Below are positions 57,696-64,000 of a DNA stretch of 64,000 nt, one piece after another (position 1 is the first letter of the stretch; every line of letters starts with the position of its first letter). The translations under genes were made by a program, and so were the position numbers. The stretch comes from an uncultured virus (IMG/VR IMGVR_UViG_2061766007_000491) (taxonomy: Duplodnaviria > Heunggongvirae > Uroviricota > Caudoviricetes), in IMG/VR virus record IMGVR_UViG_2061766007_000491. One strand, 5' to 3'. Under the pieces are notes generated by a model. That model was not told the DNA's origin and did no database searches. It saw only the letters and a program-made list of their open reading frames with translations.

Positions 57696-60600
57696 ATGGG
57701 TAGAACAGTTTATACAGATGTTCTGGTACGAGGGTATCAGAATGTGGGATATGAAGAGTTACAGGATAACGCCCGTCTGGATGTGGCGGGCGGTGATTCT
57801 GGTATAGCACCGTTTAAGATTGGTGTAGGTGGGTTGACAACGGTTCCGAGACCAGGGGCGATTGAGAATGTGGGTGACGATATACTCTGGACGGATAGCT
57901 ATGGGGTGAGACATTCACTCTTGAAAGCGGATTCCCTTGTAGAAAACTCGTTAAGCCTATTGATGTATGGAAAAGCCTCTCTGATGCGTAAGGAGGGGTT
58001 TTTAGGTGCAAGTGCTGGTTGGTATAGGATAGCGTCAACAAAAGCCTCTATAGGGGCAAATGAAGCGATTTTCAGGGTATATGAGAAGAGCTATGACTGT
58101 ATCTTTACCATAAAGGCGTGTTTAAGTAATAACAAGACACCGACATTGACAGTGGATGCCTTGAGTGGCTTGAATGAAGCGGGTATCACTAAAGTCAGGT
58201 TGGTTTATACGACAGGAACGGTGGATGGGTACTATGCGTATTTGGAGGTTTATAAAGCTGGAACATCCTCGTTATATGCAGTGGTGGAGAGTGTAGAACC
58301 ACACGGATGGGACATAGTACCTCCTGTTATTCCTGGTGGAGTGCCTAGTGGGTTCACTACTAAGGAAGTGGAGTTAGTGGAAGGAGCGGATTTTAATGGT
58401 ACGGCAGCGAAGGTGGTTAGTACGGCTGTAAACAGTGGGACGTACTACATAACAGGTGTTCAAGAACCGAGTGGGGTACATAGTTTTGACTATGACGTGT
58501 ATTTTAATGCCAGTGATGGGAGTTTACATAGTAATGCGATCAATAGCGGAAGCGGTACTTTTACTGGTTCTCTGGGTGTAGCTAGTACAGTTACATTGAG
58601 TGTATTGGGTGCTGGTGTGGTTCATAGCAGTGCCAGTGGTGTATTAAGTTCGTCTAAGGTGGCTTTAGGTTCTGAGGTATCAGGTACGTTACCAGTAGCG
58701 AATGGTGGAACAGGAGCTACGACACTGACAGCGAACAGGTTATTAGTGGGGAATGGTACTAGCGCAATAGGAGTGGTTGGAACAGGAACAGCTAACTATG
58801 TTCTTATAGGTAATGGGAATGCAGTGCCTACATGGGTTGAATATGCACCAAAAGCGACTTATGCAACTAGCGCAGGTTCAGCGACTACAGCGACTAATGT
58901 GAGTGGTGGAACGGTATCCTGTACGACATTGACGGCAAGCGGTTCTGTTACATTAAGTACGTTAGGTGCTGGCGTGGTTCATAGCAGTTCTAGTGGGGTA
59001 TTAAGCTCTGGAAAGGTGGCGTTAGATAGTGAGGTGAGCGGTATTTTACCTGTTACGAATGGTGGAACAGGAAGGAGCAGTATAACGGCGGGTGCTTTGG
59101 TGTATGGCAATGGAACGGGTGTGGCGAGTATTTTGGGCATAGGCACGAATAACTATGTGCTGGTGAGTAATGGGAGCGCACCGACTTGGGTTGAAAAAGC
59201 ACCGAACGCTACGAATGCAGAGAAGGTGGGTATCACTTCCAGTACGGCAAAGTTACACGTTCTTGGGGTAGCTACGAATGTAAGCGGAAATAGTACGATT
59301 TATAAAGACCAGAGTGTTACTATTGAAGGAGGAACGATCACAGCAACTACGTTTAGTGGTTCTTTGAGTGGTGGGACTATTTCGGGTACAAACTTGACGG
59401 CTACAGGCACGGTAACGCTAGGGACAAGTTCGGGGGTGGCGCATTTAACCTCTGGCGTGTTAAGTACAGGAAACGTGGCTTTAGGTTCTGAGGTGTCAGG
59501 TGTGTTACCAGTGGCGAATGGAGGCACAGGGATAAGTTCGTATAGTAAAGGGAATATCCTGTACGCAACAGCGAACACGACATTAGCAGCGTTACCTATA
59601 GGCACAGCGGATTATGTGTTGAAAGTGTCCAGTGATGGAATACCTGCATGGGCTGAGTTTGCGCCGAAAGCGACCTATGCGACTAGTGCAGGGTCAGCAA
59701 CCACAGCTACTAATGCGGATAATTTGAGTGTAAGCGCAAGCACCTCAAAGCTGTATGTAGTGGGAACAACGGCTACTACTAATGGTTATGTGACTATTGC
59801 GAGGGATGCCAGTGTGTATGTTCAGGGTGGAACAGTGGGTGCAACTACATTTAGTGGTTCTTTGAGTGGTGGGACTATTTCGGGTACGACTTTAACAGCT
59901 TCTAGTACAGTTACTTTCAGTGGGCTTGGTACTGTGGCTGGGGTTGTTCATAATAATGCAAGCGGTGTTTTAAGTAGTAGCTTGGTAAGTTTAACTGCTG
60001 ATGTTACAGGTACATTGCCAGTAGCAAATGGTGGAACAGGTATCAATTCTTATACCTCTGGGGATATGCTCTATGCAACAGGAGCTACTACACTGGCAAA
60101 GCTGGCAAAGGGTTCTAGTGGTCAAGTCTTAAAGTGCGATGGTTCTAAACCAGTATGGGCTACTATTTCGGATATTATAACTTCTGCTAATCCAACAGCT
60201 TCTATTGGATTGACAACAGTGAATGGCAGTGCAAGCACTTATATGAGGAGTGACGCTGCGCCAGCTATAGATGTGAGTATTACACCAAGTTGGACAGGTA
60301 AGCATACTTTTAGTGCTGGGTTAGTTGTTCAGAATACAAGTGGTGATGCTGCGAAGGGATTGAATATCAGGAGAACTACGGGTGATGGTGAGGCAGTACA
60401 GCATTATTTGGATGATAGTAATTATCATATTAAATATACGAACGATGAAACTACGAACGCTATAAAGTTCACACTGATAAATACAGATACAGAAGGGACT
60501 AATACAGGGACTAATGCGAATACAAGCACAGTTACTTTTGCAGGTAGCGCAAGTGGTTCTAATGTAACAGCAACTAAGTTTACAGGGAGTTTGGTGGGTG

Positions 60601-63600
60601 GAACGGTATCAGGCACGACTTTAACAGCTTCTAGTACAGTTACTTTCAGTGGTTTAGGAACAGTAGCGGGTGTAGTTCATAATAATGCCAGTGGAGTGTT
60701 GAGCAGTGGGCTTGTCAGTCTGACGGCTGATGTGAGTGGGAAACTGCCTGTAGCGAATGGGGGAACGGGTGCTTCTTCACTGACGAAGTACGCTGTATTG
60801 TTAGGAAACGGTACAGGAGTGGTGAGTACGACAGCGGTGGGTACGAATAACTATGTGCTTATTGGTAAAGGCAGTAGTGCGTTTCCTGAGTGGGCAGAGA
60901 AGGCTCCGAAAGCTACAGATGCGGATAACGCAAGCAATGTGGGTGTAGCATCTACTACGGCCAAGCTGTATGTGACGGGTGTATTGACTACTGCGAATGG
61001 GAACAGTGCGGTTTACAAAGACCAGAGTGTTACGGTGGAAGGTGGGATGGTTACAGCAACTACGTTTAGTGGGTCGTTAAGTGGAGGTACTATTTCAGGC
61101 ACTACGTTGACCGTGAGTAGTACGGCTACGTTTAGTGGGCTAGGAACAGGGGTTGCCAAACTGACGAACGGGGTTCTGAGTGCTGGAAACGTGGATTTAG
61201 CCACTAGCGAGGTGACAGGCACACTGGTTGTAACAAAGGGCGGTACAGGCGTTGCAGTAGTGGCAAAGGGTGATCTGTTATATGGAAGTGCGAGCAATAC
61301 ATGGAGTAGGTTAGCGATCGGTGGAACGAGTTACGCTGGCAGGGTGCTTTATAACACGGGTACATTGCCTGAGTGGAAAACATTGAGTGATGCAGGTATA
61401 GCGACTAAAGACCATAACCATGATGGAACCTATTTGAAGCTGGCTGGTGGTGAGTCTGTAGCGGGCATAGTGACGTTTACAAGCGGTTTAACAGTGTCGG
61501 GGGGTACTACTACCCTCGGAACGCTAACAAACGCTTTATACGGCGATTCTGGCGTTATAAAGGCATCTACAACGACAGCTACCGAGTTAGGTTATGTGCA
61601 TGGAGTGACCAGTGCGATTCAGACACAGCTTGATAATAAGGTTACACGCCTGAGAATGCTGAATAACACATCTGGGACAACATGGCAGGGTATTATTCCT
61701 TTGTGGGTATTGAGTTTGAAAAATGGTTATCCTGTTTATACTGACACGGAGTTTGCCAGTGGAAGCAACTCGGTGACAGGTTATAGAACAGGGTCAACTG
61801 TTGAGAGGGTACTGGCTGCGAATGAGGCTGGTTTAGGGAATACAGATTCAGGTACAGGTGTAGGCTCTACTTCGTATGTGTTGAAGGTAACGGTTACAGC
61901 GGAAGCAGGTTTTTATCAGGCAATCAATTCAAAGCCGAATAAAGAGTTTATACAGGTATTCAGGGCGTTATTGCCTACTGGATATAAGTTTGTACCAGCG
62001 TCTAACGCTACGGGGGATGGAAGAGTAGATACGTTTTTGACGGATGTGAACGGTACAGGTAAGTGGGAATGGTACGCAAGAACCAGTTATTGTGGGGTGG
62101 GAGGCACGTTTAGTACGTCTGGACACGTTTATGTGACTAGGAGCAGTTCGTCTGGGACTTTGCCAAGTGAATCTAATCCAGTAGTGTTTTATATTGCGGA
62201 GTGTAATATATATGACGTAACGAGAGGTAGTTATGGTGCTTTGAGAGCGAGATATGCGGATAGCTCGACCAGTGTGACAGCTACTTCCGACACAACTAAT
62301 ACGTTGTATTTGGCTGGTATTAAGTCTGGTGATACCAGCACGTTAAGGTACGATACGAGCATAACGGCTGTGGGTGGCACACTGACGGCGAATGTGGGTA
62401 TATTCACCAGTGTCAAAGTGGGTGGTGGTGTGTTATTGAAGTATGCGGATAGTATGCTCAATATCAGGAACAATGCAGATAGTGATTGGGCGAGCGTGAA
62501 GGTGGGGAATTTGACTGTGGAAGGTACGATCACTTATATCAATACTCAAGACCTGGATGTGGCTGATAACATTATCACGCTGAACAGTGACGTGACAGGT
62601 ACACCGTCTGAGAATGGTGGTATTGAGATCAAGAGAGGTACAAGCACGAATGCGAGTCTGATATGGGACGAAAGCAATGATGTATGGAAGTGTGGTTTGG
62701 TTGGCAGTGAAAGCATTATTGTAACGGCTGCGAATTACACGGATTATGTAAAGAATGGTAGCTTGTATCTGCAAGCAAATGGTTCAGGTGTAGCAACATT
62801 TACGGCTAACCAGAGTGGGAACACTACGCTGAATATAGGGACAGGTTCAAGCAATGGTACGATTTCAGTAGGCGGTTCCGATGTAGCGGTGAAAGGGTTG
62901 GGCAGTAATGCTTATACCAGTATTGCTTACTTGCCTTTAACGGGTGGGACATTATCAGGTATAACGACCTTCCAGAAGGGTATTACGATAGATGTGACAC
63001 AGGGTACATGGGTGAGTGGCATGACCCAGACAGGATGTATCTCGTTTGAGAAAACAGACAGCAGTAATTATTTTCCATATATAAGAGGTTTGTCTAATAC
63101 GAATAATGTATGGAATTGGGGTGGGTATCAGAATCAGATAGGTGTGTATGGGTACTTTGCTGGGAGGACAGATAATAGTTATGACTGGCGAACCTATTGG
63201 GATTTAACAACGGGCAATCTGTATCACTCGAAAGGTTTGCAGGTTTCAGGTGTAGCTACATTCAGTAGTAATGTTGGAGTGACCAGTGCATTGACGGTGG
63301 GGACTACGTTGAGTGTGACAGGTGCAACTACATTGACAGGGAACCTCGCAGCGAACGGTATATCTACGATAGCGGACTTGTATGCGACTAAGCTGACGTT
63401 ACCGAGTGCGACACTGATAGCGACACCTGTTCAGGGTAGAATTGAGAATGATGGTGTGTATCTGTATTACACAGATGATGCACAGGTAAGGCATAAGTTG
63501 GGGTATTCAGAGGCACAGGAAAGCGATTCTACAGCGTTATGGGAGGAATTAGAGGGGTTGAATCACCGTGCAATGGGTGAACGTATTGAAGGGACGTTAC

Positions 63601-64000
63601 CTGCTACAGTGGGATGGTATAGAATAGCGACTTTACAGAATAGATCGAGTGCAAACGGTGTATTCAGAGTGAGCGATCAGACAGGTGGGAATGAGGTGTT
63701 GTTTACAGCTAGTGTGGGTGCTGGGTCTTATGGAAGTCTGACACAATTAGGATGTAGTGGTGTTACGAATATAAGCAAGGCTAGAATTGCTTATAGTGGT
63801 GCGTATGCGTTTTTGGAAGTTTATAATAATACTGCAACGGCTAAGGTGATTAGTGTGGAAGCAGTAGCACAGGTGGGTTGGAAGCTGACCAGCGGAATCA
63901 AAGGCGGTGCGCCAACCAGTTATAACGTGGTGGAGTTGACTTTCCATAGTAATGCTGTAGTGGCTAATTATTTCTATGGGGATGGTAGTAATTTAACGAA
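57696..64000 (+). CDS. very long tail fibre protein, 3'-truncated by the window end (absent from the ORF track)
   Basis: ATG 57696 (MGRTVYTDVL...); the same frame reads ...ANYFYGDGSNLT at the window end; six G.L.V..GGTG modules. Spot-checked rather than read codon by codon. Confidence 0.85.
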   Translation, partial: MGRTVYTDVLVRGYQNVGYEELQDNARLDVAGGDSGIAPFKIGVGGLTTVPRPGAIENVGDDILWTDSYGVRHSLLKADSLVENSLSLLMYGKASLMRKEGFLGASAGWYRIASTKASIGANEAIFRVYEKSYDCIFTIKACLSNNKTPTLTVDALSGLNEAGITKVRLVYTTGTVDGYYAYLEVYKAGTSSLYAVVESVEPHGWDIVPPVIPGGVPSGFTTKEVELVEGADFNGTAAKVVSTAVNSGTYYITGVQEPSGVHSFDYDVYFNASDGSLHSNAINSGSGTFTGSLGVASTVTLSVLGAGVVHSSASGVLSSSKVALGSEVSGTLPVANGGTGATTLTANRLLVGNGTSAIGVVGTGTANYVLIGNGNAVPTWVEYAPKATYATSAGSATTATNVSGGTVSCTTLTASGSVTLSTLGAGVVHSSSSGVLSSGKVALDSEVSGILPVTNGGTGRSSITAGALVYGNGTGVASILGIGTNNYVLVSNGSAPTWVEKAPNATNAEKVGITSSTAKLHVLGVATNVSGNSTIYKDQSVTIEGGTITATTFSGSLSGGTISGTNLTATGTVTLGTSSGVAHLTSGVLSTGNVALGSEVSGVLPVANGGTGISSYSKGNILYATANTTLAALPIGTADYVLKVSSDGIPAWAEFAPKATYATSAGSATTATNADNLSVSASTSKLYVVGTTATTNGYVTIARDASVYVQGGTVGATTFSGSLSGGTISGTTLTASSTVTFSGLGTVAGVVHNNASGVLSSSLVSLTADVTGTLPVANGGTGINSYTSGDMLYATGATTLAKLAKGSSGQVLKCDGSKPVWATISDIITSANPTASIGLTTVNGSASTYMRSDAAPAIDVSITPSWTGKHTFSAGLVVQNTSGDAAKGLNIRRTTGDGEAVQHYLDDSNYHIKYTNDETTNAIKFTLINTDTEGTNTGTNANTSTVTFAGSASGSNVTATKFTGSLVGGTVSGTTLTASSTVTFSGLGTVAGVVHNNASGVLSSGLVSLTADVSGKLPVANGGTGASSLTKYAVLLGNGTGVVSTTAVGTNNYVLIGKGSSAFPEWAEKAPKATDADNASNVGVASTTAKLYVTGVLTTANGNSAVYKDQSVTVEGGMVTATTFSGSLSGGTISGTTLTVSSTATFSGLGTGVAKLTNGVLSAGNVDLATSEVTGTLVVTKGGTGVAVVAKGDLLYGSASNTWSRLAIGGTSYAGRVLYNTGTLPEWKTLSDAGIATKDHNHDGTYLKLAGGESVAGIVTFTSGLTVSGGTTTLGTLTNALYGDSGVIKASTTTATELGYVHGVTSAIQTQLDNKVTRLRMLNNTSGTTWQGIIPLWVLSLKNGYPVYTDTEFASGSNSVTGYRTGSTVERVLAANEAGLGNTDSGTGVGSTSYVLKVTVTAEAGFYQAINSKPNKEFIQVFRALLPTGYKFVPASNATGDGRVDTFLTDVNGTGKWEWYARTSYCGVGGTFSTSGHVYVTRSSSSGTLPSESNPVVFYIAECNIYDVTRGSYGALRARYADSSTSVTATSDTTNTLYLAGIKSGDTSTLRYDTSITAVGGTLTANVGIFTSVKVGGGVLLKYADSMLNIRNNADSDWASVKVGNLTVEGTITYINTQDLDVADNIITLNSDVTGTPSENGGIEIKRGTSTNASLIWDESNDVWKCGLVGSESIIVTAANYTDYVKNGSLYLQANGSGVATFTANQSGNTTLNIGTGSSNGTISVGGSDVAVKGLGSNAYTSIAYLPLTGGTLSGITTFQKGITIDVTQGTWVSGMTQTGCISFEKTDSSNYFPYIRGLSNTNNVWNWGGYQNQIGVYGYFAGRTDNSYDWRTYWDLTTGNLYHSKGLQVSGVATFSSNVGVTSALTVGTTLSVTGATTLTGNLAANGISTIADLYATKLTLPSATLIATPVQGRIENDGVYLYYTDDAQVRHKLGYSEAQESDSTALWEELEGLNHRAMGERIEGTLPATVGWYRIATLQNRSSANGVFRVSDQTGGNEVLFTASVGAGSYGSLTQLGCSGVTNISKARIAYSGAYAFLEVYNNTATAKVISVEAVAQVGWKLTSGIKGGAPTSYNVVELTFHSNAVVANYFYGDGSNLT

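Noticed and set aside
57696..64000. Stop-codon reassignment or non-coding DNA suggested by the empty + strand ORF track
   Set aside because: The region reads as one ORF lacking its stop only because the window ends; TAA, TAG and TGA all end tightly packed genes elsewhere
1..64000. tRNA, rRNA, introns, inteins or IS elements
   Set aside because: None recognised by eye; intergenic gaps are short and TerL, capsid and DnaX are of ordinary length. A covariance-model scan was not possible

Overview
This window is a 64 kb piece of a large T4-like (contractile-tailed) phage genome. Essentially all credible genes are on the + strand, and TAA, TAG and TGA all act as stops. From left to right: (1) 169-2891, an unusual array of 23 tandem ~119 bp cassettes; (2) ~2.9-16.6 kb, accessory genes (glycosyltransferases, BspA-type LRR proteins, a DUF2958-like protein, a family with a shared N-terminal leader, a lysozyme-like protein) with sigma70-type promoters and terminators; (3) ~16.6-20 kb, a TOPRIM primase-like gene, a DnaX-like clamp loader and a sigma-like factor; (4) ~20.6-64 kb, a virion module (TerL, portal, protease/scaffold, major capsid, neck, sheath, tube, tape measure, baseplate, spike, PAAR, tail fibres) ending in a >2100-codon tail-fibre ORF that runs off the window and is missing from the ORF track. 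The main finding is the array. Each unit is bounded by (G)AATGGT and AGGGTTTCG and encodes a different 35-41 aa peptide of the form NGVxRGG...RxxxR...GFR, which matches the variable C-terminal ligand-binding segment of FGE-sulfatase/C-type-lectin-fold proteins, the classic DGR target. 22 of 23 units are internally open in that frame, but the junctions fall in all three frames. It therefore looks like a library of silent receptor-binding-tip cassettes rather than a CRISPR array, a polyprotein or a canonical DGR. No reverse transcriptase, recombinase or expressed target gene is recognisable inside this window, so the mechanism is inferred. All functional calls come from motif recognition and gene order by eye; no database searches were run.
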